DNA of 63,377 nucleotides, filler included. It is 12 parts of 12 records of this genome, joined end to end, with 100 filler letters (N's around TTAATTAATTAA, not from the genome) between each part and the next. Parts side by side here need not be neighbours in the genome. Positions count along the whole stretch, not along the records: positions 8,578 to 13,675 come from SRR7504441_21436; positions 13,776 to 19,702 come from SRR7504441_21441; positions 19,803 to 25,167 come from SRR7504441_21448; 9 more parts are not named here. The stretch is one strand, 5' to 3'. The stretch's first letter is position 1. Every line of letters begins with the position of its first letter. The position numbers were made by a program, and so were the translations under genes. The notes below the pieces were generated by a model, which had not been told where the DNA came from, did no database searches, and saw only the letters and a list, made by a program, of their open reading frames with translations. Below, piece after piece: positions 11,803-23,394 of the stretch.

Positions 11803-13050
11803 ATGCACCAAGGCCGGAAAGCCCGGCCGGTGCCGGACGTCCGGAAGGAGACGGTGCTGCTCGTGTCGCACGGGGCACACCCTTCCACCCCCAGGCTGCA
11901 AAAGCTCGCCCGCGGGTACAATTTCCACGTGCATGTGGCCTCCTCGCTGGCCGAGGGCCGCGACTGGGCGGCCCGGCACTGCTTCGATACCCTGCTGGTG
12001 AGCGCCGACTACCGGCAGGATGAGCTCACCCGGATCTGCGCCGCGGTGATCGATGAGGCCCGTCAGTCCCAGGGCGACGCAGGGGTGCGCGTGCTCCGGG
12101 TGCATTGCCACAACCCGAACGCCATCCTCAACCTGCTGCTCGAGAAGCGCGTCGCGCTCGTGTGGCCGCCTCAACCGACACCCCCCGGGCCGCCGGCCGA
12201 GCCGGTCGCCCCGCCGGCGGTGGAAGCGACTTCTGGGTTCGCCGAGGAGCGAGCGGCCCAGGCTCGGGCCGAGCAAAGGGCGGCCGACGCCGAGGAGAGG
12301 GCTGCAGAAGCCGAGAAGAGAGCAGCGGACGCTGAGGCGGCCCGCGAAGCCGCAGAGAGGAGGGCGGTGGAGGCGGAGGCGGCGCGGGAGGCGGCGGAGA
12401 AGAGAGCGGCCGAGGCGGAGGTCGCACGCGAGGCGGCCGAGGCCGGAATGGTTGCAGCTCAAGAGGCGGCAGCGCTGGATCGGGCAGCCAGGCAGGACGC
12501 CGAGATCAAACTAACGGCAGAGATGGAGGCCCGGCTGGTAGCGGAAGAGAGAGCCGCCACAGCCGCGGCAGCACTGCGCGCGTCGGAGGCGGCACGAGCA
12601 GAGGCCGAGCTTAGTGCGGCTCAGGAGAGCGAGCGGCTGAGCTTGCAAGCAGACAAATTGCGCGGTCTGTTACAAGAGAGCCGGGGGCGGGCTAGGATGC
12701 TCGAAGAAGCGCTGGGTCGCGCCAAGGCTGCAGCGCGAGCAGCCGAGCAGCGAAAAGCTTACGTGGAGCAAAGATTGAGCGAAGTAGAGCAGGCGTTGGC
12801 AGCTGCAGGCGAGATTATCGCCCGGTTGGAGGGCGAGCTGGGTACTGCGCAGTCAGTCGGAGAGAGGCTGCGGTCCGGGATGCGGTGGGCGTATAGACGG
12901 ATTAGGGAGATCAGGAAGGCATTGAATATCTCAATAGGGTGCTACTCGCATGAGTTGCAGGCCCTTGGTGAGGTCGTGGACCGACTGCAGCTCTGTGAGG
13001 TGCCGGATGAGGTTGTATTGACTAAGGACAGCAGACCAGGCTGTAATTAA
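11803..13050 (+). CDS. intronless protein: receiver(CheY)-like N-terminal domain, Pro linker and long Ala/Glu coiled coil
   Basis: VLLVS...FHVHVASSLAEG...FDTLLVS follows the receiver beta/alpha pattern. EAAE(K/R)RAAEAE repeats follow. The upstream part of track ORF 11221 is antisense to GH7. Confidence 0.65.
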   Translation: MHQGRKARPVPDVRKETVLLVSHGAHPSTPRLQKLARGYNFHVHVASSLAEGRDWAARHCFDTLLVSADYRQDELTRICAAVIDEARQSQGDAGVRVLRVHCHNPNAILNLLLEKRVALVWPPQPTPPGPPAEPVAPPAVEATSGFAEERAAQARAEQRAADAEERAAEAEKRAADAEAAREAAERRAVEAEAAREAAEKRAAEAEVAREAAEAGMVAAQEAAALDRAARQDAEIKLTAEMEARLVAEERAATAAAALRASEAARAEAELSAAQESERLSLQADKLRGLLQESRGRARMLEEALGRAKAAARAAEQRKAYVEQRLSEVEQALAAAGEIIARLEGELGTAQSVGERLRSGMRWAYRRIREIRKALNISIGCYSHELQALGEVVDRLQLCEVPDEVVLTKDSRPGCN

Positions 13051-13454
13051 GCTCTCTAACTGCATGAACCAGATAGTTTTCTCTCAGACGGTTTCATTTG
13101 TCTCTTTGTTTTTTAGTATTTTTGCACGTCGAGTACTTAGGCGCAAGTCTAAAGTCATGTCCGCCGTAGATGTTCAAATGCCGTGTCAAGCTTCTTCAGC
13201 TGCCCCCGAGCTCGCCCCGTCCCGGGCTGCACGCACATTGAACCAGTCGGGGGCGTTTCGGTCATCAGTTGCTCCGTAATCCGTAATCACTTGATCGACG
13301 GCCGCCCCGGGTTGCCCTAGGGTTGCCCGATTAGAGCCAGCGCAGAGCTCCGAGCCAGCCACGGCATAACTTTCGCATCGGCTTCCCGATCAGGAAAAGA
13401 AAAGGTAACATTTGCTGCCGGGGTCGCCCCAGTTGCTTGTCTGGGTGTGAGGCC

Positions 13455-13675
13455 ATGAGACCCGTCGCGCTCTGCCTGCTGGCCGGGCTCGTCTTGCACG
13501 CCTCCGCACTCCCGGACCTGGACTCGATCGTCCCCGAGGCGGACATGACTCAGATGGGCGAATCGGCGAAGGTGCGCGCCACGCCGGCGTCGGCTGCTGC
13601 TAAAGGAGATGCTGCTACGCGTGCCCCACCTGGGCAAGACCCCCTCAAGTTTGCTGCTGCGGCTGCTGCTAAAGG
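13455..13675 (+). CDS. secreted protein N-terminus, 3'-truncated
   Basis: Signal peptide MRPVALCLLAGLVLHASA; frame open to the gap. Confidence 0.6.
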
Positions 13676-14154
13676 NNNNNNNNNNNNNNNNNNNNNNNNN
13701 NNNNNNNNNNNNNNNNNNNTTAATTAATTAANNNNNNNNNNNNNNNNNNNNNNNNNNNNNNNNNNNNNNNNNNNNTACTCGAAACACCGATATTCAGCGC
13801 CGAACAGACATAGAAACATTAATAATTCAATCTAGGCGAGTCCGCTCATCCGTGGACAGGCCCGGCCGGTTGAAAGCCTCGTGAGCCCTACCAAACACCT
13901 CCAAAGCCACTGGAAGGCATGGGCTGCCATCTGTTGGGACGACCTTCGAGCTGCTCAGGGGAAGATACCAGGTCAGGGCATTGATGAAGACAGCACTGAG
14001 GGTAACAAGAAGTTACTAGCTCGACTGCATCAGTGAAGAGGCTGCTACAGTAACTCGAAGGCTCCGGAGAGGTGCAGAGCCGAAACTATGACAACAGCCA
14101 GTAGGGACTCCCGATACTTACGCAACCCGGAACTCGCCACATCTCGGTGCGCCG

Positions 14155-17100
14155 ATGCCTGCCCGGCGGCTGGTGGGCTCGTTGCTGGCGCTGCTGGCGC
14201 TGGCCGGGGCTGGGGAGCTTGCCCGGGTCCAGCTGACAGTGCAGGAGCCGGTGGACGCATCCGCGTACACCCCGTGCCAGTACAATATCAGCCAGCCCAA
14301 CAGCAGCCTGATGACCGGCTGGGCGCTGCTCAAGGCACCGCCCCGGCCGGCCAGGCCGAGCTGGGGGCAGGTGCGCGGGCACACTTCGGCTGGGTTCCCC
14401 AAGAAGCAGTACAGCGTCAAGCTGACCGAGCGGCCTGGGGCTGGCAAGAGCAAGGCCCCGCTGCTTGGGCTGCCGGCCGCGCGCAAGTGGGTGCTCAACG
14501 GCCCTTACCTGGACCCCAGCCTGCTGCACAACCCGTTAGGGTTCGAGATCTCGCGGGCGGTCGGGCGCTACGCCCCGCGGACCCGGTTCTGCATGCTCGA
14601 TTGGTGGGTGGGGCGGCCGGCCGGCCGGGAGCGGCCACAGGTGCGACAGGTCGGGCTGCCAGGAGCGCGGGGTGTACGTGCTGATCGAGCGGATAGAGAT
14701 GGACAGCGACAGGGTGGACGTTGTGCATAAAAAGAAAGAGCGTGACAGCACCGGCGGATACATTTTCAAGGTCGATAAAGTTGACCCAGGTGCCGGGGTC
14801 TAGGCCTTTGGGTTTAGACTCGACATAGTGCCAGCAGCGCTCACCGCCGGCCGCAGACGAGACCCCGATGCTGCAAGACAACTGGACGGCCCCGCACGAC
14901 CGGCTGCTGCTCCAGGAGCCCGATCTGGACAAGCTCTCGCCAGAGGCCGTTGGATTCCTCAACCAATTCTTCAACGAGGCCGAGCTGGCTCTCAGCCGGC
15001 AGAAATACAGCGCGGGGGGGCAGTATTGGGATTGGGTCGCCTGGGCCGAGCAGATGCTGCTACAGGAGCTGTGCCGGAACGTGGATGCTTATCGGGCCTC
15101 GGCGTACCTGACCAAGCCCAGGCGGCATCCGATGCAGGCCGGCCCGATGTGGGACCTGAATCTGGCCTTCGGCACCTCCGGGATATATGGAGCCTGGCAG
15201 CCCGAGGGCTGGCAATTTAGCCGCAGGTGTGCTCGGCGCGCGAGGTGAGGCTCAGCCAGTGCAGGTTCCGACCGAACTTTGTGGAGCACACACTGGTGCC
15301 CTGGTGGTGGCCAGCAATGGTGGCTGACCCGTGCTTTGCGGCGCTGCTTCAGGCACGCTGGCGGCAGTTGCGGCAGGGGCCGCTGGCACTCGAGTCGATT
15401 CTACGGACGGTTGAACGGATGGCAGCCGATCTGCTGCCAGGGATCCAGACCAATCTCCGAGTGTGGGGAATTCCTCGGGAGATCTGGGCCAGCGCGATGC
15501 CAGAGCTGGCCAGTTGGGAGGGCTATATTCGCCAGGTGTCTTGCAGCCGTACTGGCCAGAGCCGGGGGGTAGCTCCGGCGGTGGCTCACTCGCCGCGTCA
15601 GTTGGATGGATCAGCAACTGCCTCTGCTGATGAGCCCTGGGCTGACCAGCTGTCCGCAAGAGGTGCCAGCTAACTGATACGTGCTGATCGCGCGGCAGGT
15701 ACAGCGGCTGATGCCCCACTGGGAGTGTCGCCCGGTCGGAGAAGCGCAGCCGGGGCCGTCGGTGGCTGGGTGGCAGGCTACGTACTTTGCTGGCGAGGGC
15801 GGGTGCTACAATCGACAAGACTGGTGGAGCCAGGTCGCACCGCCCTATACTAGCGTGCTTATCCAGGAGCGGCAGGTGTCGGCTGGGCGGCCCACAGTGC
15901 CGCCTGTGGCTGCGCTGATCAGTCGAGTAGAGAATCGGCTGCTGTTCAAGGCAGCCGAGCATTGGCCGCCAGAGCAGCTGCTGACCAGCTCGTTCGGGGC
16001 CCTATTTGATGCTGAGCTGGCCGTGGATCAGAGAAGTGAGTACTTGGTTAGGGTCCAGTCGAGTGGTGGACCTCTGGCGGTGCTGTTGGATGGCAGGCCT
16101 GTCCTCCAAGTGCCTTGGTGCCATACACAGGAGGATCATGCTTCGGAAATGCTCTCGCTGAGCCCAGGCGTGTACCAGCTACAGGTGCAGTTCCAGACCT
16201 CTTGGTGGGGCGCGTCTGAGTTGAGCCTGAAACTATACCGATACCATGGCTGCTCGGCTAACGTTAGCAATATCACTGCTGTCCTAAATGTAACAAACTC
16301 TGGCGGTGTCACTACTGTCCTGAATGCGACCAACGCTAGCAATCAAACAACTGCTGCGCCGACCGAGGCTCCGACCAAGGCTCCGACTGAGGCTCCTACC
16401 TCCATCTGGGCATGCGCTGACCATATGGATTCACCCGCGTTTACGGTGCCAGCAGTCGTACCCCTCAGCCCAATAGGTTCGCAAGCGGATGTGATCAAAC
16501 ATGAACAGGCGCGCGGGGTAGCTACGCCGCTTCCAGCCGGGCCACACTACGAGCTCAACCTGAGCAGTGCTGTCTCGAATGCTACTCACTACCAGATGAG
16601 ATCTGGAGTTGGAGCTGAGAGCGCTGATCCGACAGACTGGGTACTGTTGGTCCGCTCTTGCCTGAACTGCAGCTGGAGGCCAGCCGACGCGCGGTCAGGC
16701 ATCGTGTTCACCCACAGGCTGCAGTCGATGGTGTTCCCTCTGGCTCAGATGGGTCCTGTCGCTGCTGTGCTGCTGATTGTAACACAAACACGGAGTAATG
16801 CACTGAACGCCTGGCCATGGATCACACCAATTCGATTGCTGAATCAGTGCGAATCAGCATCGCTAGCAGCTGTGGTGAGCGGTGATATGGGAATCCTGCG
16901 TGAGATGTTGCGGTCTGAGGCTGGACCTTCCCTGAGTCGAGTGGCCCAGCAGGTCAACTTTAGTGCAGCCTCTGAGCCTTTGTTGGCTGGCTTGAATAGT
17001 ACGTTCGCTGTGATCCGTTGGACTGGTTGGATACGGATAATGACCAACGAAGGCTTTGAAGAGAACCGGCGATTGATAGTAAGGGGCGTGGGCAGGTTCA

Positions 17101-19580
17101 AGTTGTGGTTTGGGGATTCGGTGTTTATGGAGCAGAGTTGGCCAGGCGAGTTTACGCGCTCTGCGAGCACCATCAGAATGCACGGCGGGCTGCACCCTCT
17201 CAGATTGGAGCTCATGCCAGCCGAGCCAGCCAACCATACATGGGTTCAACTCCTGTGGGACGACCTTGGCGGCCAGCAGGAGCCCATCCCAAGCCCGTAC
17301 CTCGTGCCTGCTGAAGCCGAGTGTTTTGGGACCGAGCAGTTTGTTGGCTTAAATGGTAACCTGACTATCCCAACCCAATCCGACCATCTATACTTTCGGG
17401 ACCAAGCGTGCACTGTGGTGATTTCAGCTGGCGCGGCTTACTTGCAGGCCAATATCACGTTTCTTGAGCTTGCTTACGGCTCTTACATGAGAGTATACGA
17501 TGGCGGCTCGGCTGATGCAAAGCGGTTGCTGTTTGAAAGTTCTGGCCCCACGGAACTCGAGCAGGTTGACTGGTTGGTGGTGCCCAGCAGAGTAACCCTT
17601 CAGGACAGGTCCAACAAATAAGCTCCTCGGGTCATCAACTAAGGATTGAGTTTGAAGCAGGGTATCACCTTTGCTTGCCTCCGTCATGACGTGTGTGTGC
17701 AACAGATACTCCCGGGCCCGAGGTCTAAGGCTGGCATGGTCCTCCCAAACAGAGCCGGGCTTTGTTCCATTCCACTGTCCGCAAAACTGCAGTCAGCATG
17801 GCAGCTGCGAGTTTTTAGGCCAATGCGTGTGCAGCCCTGGATGGCAAGGTGTCGATTGCAGTCTTCCATTCGACTGCTCGCACGTCAGCAACTGTTCGGG
17901 ACATGGCCTCTGTGTTGGAGACTCCAGCTGCATCTGTGGGGATGGTTATAGAGGCGAATCATGTGACGATACCACCGCCTGTGGCCCACAGCGGCAGTGC
18001 ATGGACCGAGGCCAGTGCCATATGGTTGCTTACGAAGAGAGGTGTGCTTGCAACCAGGATTGGCTGGACCAGCATGGTCGCTGCACAGTACCGTGTGGCG
18101 CCGTGGCCAACAGTGTGAGCGCGTCCAGCGAGAACACATGGGCTGGTGAAGGCGCATCTATGCTCTTGGACCGTTTCAGCAGCACTAAATGGCTTGGTTG
18201 GCTCCACGATGATGGGCTTGTATCGATTACAGTGCAAGGATTGGCAGCAGAGACTGTGTCAGGTTACGGGATGACCAGTGCCAACGACTTCAGCATTCGT
18301 GACCCCCACTCGTGGACAGTCGAGGGCAGCTACGATGGCACGAATTGGAGGTGTGCCGATTTAGATGGAGCAGGCTATGGTCACTCTGCTGGCAGCCTTG
18401 TTGACGAGCAAAGAGACATAGTTTTCCGAGATCGATTCGAGACTCAAGAATTTCACATTGAATGTGCACTCGTGAAGTACTTTACACTGTGGCGATTTAA
18501 TCTGACTGTGTTGAGCCCTCATCCGGGTGCAGGAATTCAGCTGGCGGAGCTCACCTTGTGTAATCGCACTGCATGCTCGAATGACACCAGCATCAGTGAC
18601 CGCACAGCCAGCCCGACCACTGCAGGACCGACCACTGCAGGACCGACCACAATAGCTCCCACCACAATAGCTCCCACCACTGTAGCCCCGACCACTGCGG
18701 CACCCACTACTTTAGCTCCAACCACAGCGGCACCTACGACCAAGGCCCCCACCTCTGCTCCGACGTGGGCTCCCACCATCTCGCCGACAGCTTCGCCTAC
18801 TCATTCTCCTATCGTCCATGTAAAGAAGTGGATCCTAGAGGCCACAGTAAAGATCGGTGTCTATACTTTGCCATCGGGGCGACCTGATTTGTGTCTGTGA
18901 CCAGACGGGCTCTCTCGAGCTGACTTTGAGGCGCCAGTGGTCCCTCTGGCCTTCCGTCAAACTGTAGCCATGATACTCGCCACCCACCCATACTCGGTCC
19001 GCTCCCTGGCCGTACTAGGACTCGGAGACTGCTGCGTTGTTACCGTGTACAGGTCAAAATTGAGACCATTGAAGCCCAAGACAGGCGGACGCCAGCTGTT
19101 CAAGTGTCGTTCCAGGTACTGGACTATTTGTTGAGGGATCAAGCGGAGCAGGCCGAGCCCGTGCTACAAGAAAACCTTAGCCATGGACGGTAAACAGTTG
19201 ACACTAGGATAAACCCCTGAGCTTGGCCTGCCAGGTTTGATCAGCTGTTCACCAGTTATATGCTAACCGATGGAGTCAATAGGACACCAGTGTGCACGCT
19301 CCACTCGTCTGAAGTAGTAAGTGCAGCCAGTGCCGAATATGCAATGCACTACACCTTGCCAAAACTAGTTTTTTTGACGCTTATCTGCTCAGCATCTCTT
19401 TGTTTCACAATATGGATGTTTAGAAGCCTCACGAGCAGCTCCGGCTCACGACTAGACCCTTCTCATGAATTAGAGCCCCTGGCGACTCAAATTTCGAGCA
19501 AGCGGTGTCAATGGATTTGCAATAGAGTATGTGGTACAAAATCAGCCGTGGAGGATGTGGCTATGGATGAAGTAGCATGA
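14155..19580 (+). CDS. type I membrane protein: CotH kinase domain, 2x PA14-like, jelly-roll sugar-binding modules, CUB, EGF repeats, Thr/Pro stalk and TM (~12 introns)
   Basis: Signal peptide. CotH motifs VRGHTS..PKKQYSVKL, KWVLNGPYLDPSLLHN, GVYVLIERI, GGYIFKVD, NVDAY, GPMWDLNLAFG and WLTRRVSWMD. PA14-like IRWTGWI..LLWD..EPIPSPYL. CUB YMRVYDG..SSSGHQLRIEF. EGF CSQHGSC/CSGHGLC. YGMTSAND..RDPHSW..GSYDG. PTTxA repeats. TM LVFLTLICSASLCFTIWMF. Confidence 0.82.
18607..18810 (+). repeat. 15-nt coding tandem repeat (PTTxA)n, mucin-like stalk
   Basis: About 9 PTTAG/PTTIA/PTTVA/PTTAA units followed by PTxSP/PTxAP units. A shorter PTEA repeat lies near 16358-16400. Confidence 0.85.
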
Positions 19581-19829
19581 TTTCCTTTGCCAAACGGCTT
19601 GTCTGTGGATGGCATGCGGGAAGGACAGTCAGGGATAACATTTTCGCGGAGGCGTACGAAAGCTATAGAGTATAAACCATCTTATTAAAGTATAGCACCA
19701 TGNNNNNNNNNNNNNNNNNNNNNNNNNNNNNNNNNNNNNNNNNNNNTTAATTAATTAANNNNNNNNNNNNNNNNNNNNNNNNNNNNNNNNNNNNNNNNNN
19801 NNACGAATCTCGCGGCAGGTGGGTCACCA

Positions 19830-21326
19830 ATGACCAGAGCCCGGTGCGCAGCGCTGCTCTCGGCGCTTGCTTGTGCCGCCGGTGCCGGCCTGGGCCCCTT
19901 CTGCACCAAGCACAGCGCGACTGGGCACCTCGCGTGCCGCTCCAAGCGCTGGCTCTGCGGGTGCGCCGACGGCTCGTGCGAGCGGGATGGGACCATCGAC
20001 CGGGCCGCCCTGCAGGCCCTGGACTTGCGGGATGGCGTGGCGCGGATGGCCACGTTCAAAGCCGAGATCCCGGTGCCGGAGTGCCTGTGTCCCGGCGGAG
20101 AGCCTGGCCTGCTCGACCCGGCCGGCTGGCTGGCCTGGGCGCTCGGTGGCGGTGTGGAGGTGCGCCAGCGGCCGGGGCAGGCCGGGTGCACCCCGTGCAT
20201 CCCGGTGCCGAGCCACGCTTGGAACGAGATTGAGCTGCCCAGATCCAACTGCTACCTGATGCTCGGCGGCCAGAGCTCAGCCATGCGCGACCGGGCCGAC
20301 AGCGCCTTTCGGCTGCTGCTGCACGACACCACCTTCCGGTGGTGGTCCAGGGAGCGGGACAAGCTCGTATATGACGGGCTGCTGCTGCACCGGCCGGCCA
20401 AGCTCTCGGCCGGTCAGATTGAGCTGCTCACCCATCTGATAAAGCACGGATCGCAGAGCGAGCATCCGCTGGATGATCCGATGTTTGAGCGGCCTACAGA
20501 CCAGGACCAGGACCTGGGCCCTGTCTACCTGGAGCTGCCCCCAAAGCGGTACCTGTTCCAGGACGACGCGGTGCCCGGGATGCTGGCAGCCTACACAGGG
20601 CTGTTCAGTGTATACGAAGCGCTCAAGCGGCTGATCGGTACCCTCCCGGTACTGAACTGTGTAGTGCTAGCGCTGCTATTCGGGAAGAGCCCGCACACGC
20701 TGCTGGGGATGGTGCCGCAACGGCCGCACCAGGCCGTCCGTTGGGAGGCCGACAGGCTCAACTCGCTCTGGGCTGAACGATTTGAGCCGATACTGAGCAG
20801 CGCAGCCGGAGTGTTTCAACCGACCGAGAAACTCCCTGTTGCGCCCAGAGTTTGGTGGCTGGGCTGGCTCGATTGGTTTGACTGGCTGGACTGGCTGCTC
20901 CCGCCGCCGCTGCCCGCGGTCCGCAGGCTCAGCTTGCAGGAGCAGCTGGAGCGGCACAAGCACGAGTATGTGCAGCTTGTGCTGAGGCCTCTCCGTGCAG
21001 CGATGGTCGACTACGATCCGGCGCTGGCCGTCGGTTGGGACCAGGCGTTTGGACGGTTGGAAGCGGCCGGGGAGCGGGACCCGCTGGCGCGCTGCGTGAA
21101 CGGGTCTGCGGTGGAGCAGTTGCTGTTATGTGATGACTGGCGGGAGACAAGTTATTGGCAACGGAAGATGAAGGCAACCAAAAATGGCCGGCCGGCGGCG
21201 CTGAATGCGGGGGCGGTGCTTAAAGAGACCAACATTGCGGTCCGCCGGGCGCTGTACTGGGGAGCGGCGGACAGGGCGGTGGCGGCGATTCGAAACTCGA
21301 CACGTGCGCCTATTGGCGATCTGTAG
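19830..21326 (+). CDS. hypothetical secreted protein, intronless, Cys-rich N-terminus
   Basis: 498-aa ORF with signal-peptide-like start and coding-like codon usage. No family recognised. Confidence 0.7.
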   Translation: MTRARCAALLSALACAAGAGLGPFCTKHSATGHLACRSKRWLCGCADGSCERDGTIDRAALQALDLRDGVARMATFKAEIPVPECLCPGGEPGLLDPAGWLAWALGGGVEVRQRPGQAGCTPCIPVPSHAWNEIELPRSNCYLMLGGQSSAMRDRADSAFRLLLHDTTFRWWSRERDKLVYDGLLLHRPAKLSAGQIELLTHLIKHGSQSEHPLDDPMFERPTDQDQDLGPVYLELPPKRYLFQDDAVPGMLAAYTGLFSVYEALKRLIGTLPVLNCVVLALLFGKSPHTLLGMVPQRPHQAVRWEADRLNSLWAERFEPILSSAAGVFQPTEKLPVAPRVWWLGWLDWFDWLDWLLPPPLPAVRRLSLQEQLERHKHEYVQLVLRPLRAAMVDYDPALAVGWDQAFGRLEAAGERDPLARCVNGSAVEQLLLCDDWRETSYWQRKMKATKNGRPAALNAGAVLKETNIAVRRALYWGAADRAVAAIRNSTRAPIGDL

Positions 21327-21583
21327 CTGACACCAGGCGCCGGTGTGTTACTGGTCCTAGTGTGTTGCAATAGGTCCCGATTGATATAGATTGATAGAGC
21401 TTAAAGAGCTTTTGATTACTGGCTGAGCAGATCTAGATTGGTATACACGGTATATACGAGGTTATACAACTTAATTGCAAGCGAGCGCGAGAAATCGCAA
21501 CAAGAACACGCCTGATCATGAGCTGATTATCGAATTGTGCCGTAGCGTTGAAAAGCAGGCTCCGGGTGGGACGACGCGGAGCC

Positions 21584-21862
21584 ATGCTGGCAGTGGCTGG
21601 CGAGACGACGCGGGGCCTGAACCTGCCCAACACGCTGGCTCAGGCGCTGGCCTTCGGAGCCTGCTTCGGGGGCTCGCTGCTGCTGGCCCAGAAGATCTCC
21701 GGACCGCTGAACAAGGCGCTGGCCGAAAGCGGGCGCAGGGACTGCTGTCTGGTGGCCGGGATCGCTGTCCACGGGACGGCTGGGCTCGGGGGGCTGTACC
21801 TGGGGCGGTTTGTGACTGAACTGATGCCGCCGATTGAGCTCGGACACAGTCACGCCGCGTGA
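21584..21862 (+). CDS. small membrane protein (2 hydrophobic Gly-rich helices)
   Basis: GC-rich ORF between AT-rich spacers, starting in a GCCATG context. Confidence 0.55.
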   Translation: MLAVAGETTRGLNLPNTLAQALAFGACFGGSLLLAQKISGPLNKALAESGRRDCCLVAGIAVHGTAGLGGLYLGRFVTELMPPIELGHSHAA

Positions 21863-21971
21863 GAGCAACCCCCGTGACAAGTTCTACAATATTCCTAAAA
21901 ATATTATATTTCAGCCTATACAATCCTTTGTGCATCGATTTATTATTTATATATAGATAAACAGTCCGTGA

Positions 21972-23204
21972 TCATAAGTCGAGCATCAGATCCGTTGCCC
22001 ACACCGGGTCGTCGAGCAGCTTGTCGAGGAACTCGTCCGGTAGCTCTATCGCCAGCCTGTTCTCATCCAGCCACTCCTCCCTCTTCTGACCCTCCTGCGC
22101 GCCACCCTCCTTGCCCGCCGGCTCCTTCTTCAGCTTCTTCCGCTTAGTGGCCCGGGTTTCGTTGTCGGCCCACGGGATTCCCAACGGAAGCCTCAAATAG
22201 CGGCTGGCTGGGAGTGGCTGACACTCCATCAGCAGCGCACTCCGCTTGCCTCTGTCTCCCATCCAGCACCAACGGGACACGTGGCAGAGCAGGCTGGCGC
22301 CATCGGTGGGCTGCATCTCGTATATCCCGTTGGTGTTGGTAACGGACTCCGGGCTGGGCGCCCTGAGCAGGTCCATCAGGATGTCTAAAACAAACTCCGC
22401 GTGATCCGCTCGCGACACCACCCGGTGCAGCATATCCGGCGGGGTCTCGCGCAGCCCGGACGGGGCCGGGACCTTGCCCTCCAGAACCTCCATCAGATGA
22501 GATGGATCTAACACTGAATCGGCGTCCGCCTGGCCACCGATCAGCTTGCCCAGCACTGCGCCCGCACCGCTTGCTGGTGGCTAGCGTCGCCGAACATGGT
22601 CTGAAACTGGCAGTTGGGCTCGTACCGCTGGTGCCCGTAGTAGTGGTAAGTCATCACCACCCCGGCCCCCCAGGCCACCCCTTGGTCCAGCCGATCCCGC
22701 AGCTGGACCATCTCGGACGGCACCCAGCCCCGCCAGCCGGCCAGCCCCGCCTCTATCTCCTCGGCCGGCGGACTCACGTGTCGCGCCAACTGCTCGAACG
22801 TCTCGGTCATGTAAGAGCCGGCCTGGGCCGGCGGGATGGCCGTGGCGGGTTCGGCTCCGGCGGCAGCCCGACTGGCGCTGTAGATCACTGAGCTCTTGAG
22901 GTATATGGTGGTGATGATAGCGACCTGAAGCTCACAGACTCAAGCCGCCGCACCAGCCGGAGCTCACCAGCCGGTCGCGCGGCGGGCCGGAGAGCAGGTC
23001 CCCGTAGCTCCGGAGGTGGGTGACCAGGTCCTGGAACGAGTTTGAGCGTTTGGACGGCCGGCCCCGCTTGCGCTGCTGCGGCAGGCAGGCCAGACCCAGC
23101 GCGATGCACCGGCCGCACGGGAAGCCCCGGTCGCACCGGACCTTGGCCTTATTGCACTCGATGCAGTTCGGCTTCTCCTCGTACGACGCACCAGGCGCCG
23201 GCAT
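21972..23204 (-). CDS. Zn(II)2Cys6 binuclear-cluster transcription factor
   Basis: CIECNKAKVRCDRGFPCGRCIALGLAC (Cx2Cx6Cx5Cx2Cx6C) followed by RKRGRP. Downstream exons are joined by short GT-AG and GC-AG introns. Confidence 0.85.
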
Positions 23205-23394
23205 AGCCAAAGCCCCAAAGGGTGCCAATCCGTTATCAGGCCTTCCGTTGGGATCTTGAATACCGTTCCGTGCGCAACCTTCAAGCGAACACGCATTCGA
23301 GCACGAGGGACGCGCGCTCCGCTAAGCCTCGGCTGGACACACAAGGCCTAAGGGAGTCGCGCTTCGTGTAACAGGGCAAGCCAAAGCGAGCGCC

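Noticed and set aside
17540..17610. Possible GA- or GG-donor intron or 23-nt intron in the CUB domain
   Set aside because: A canonical 44-nt GT...GTAAC...ACAG intron restores the frame.
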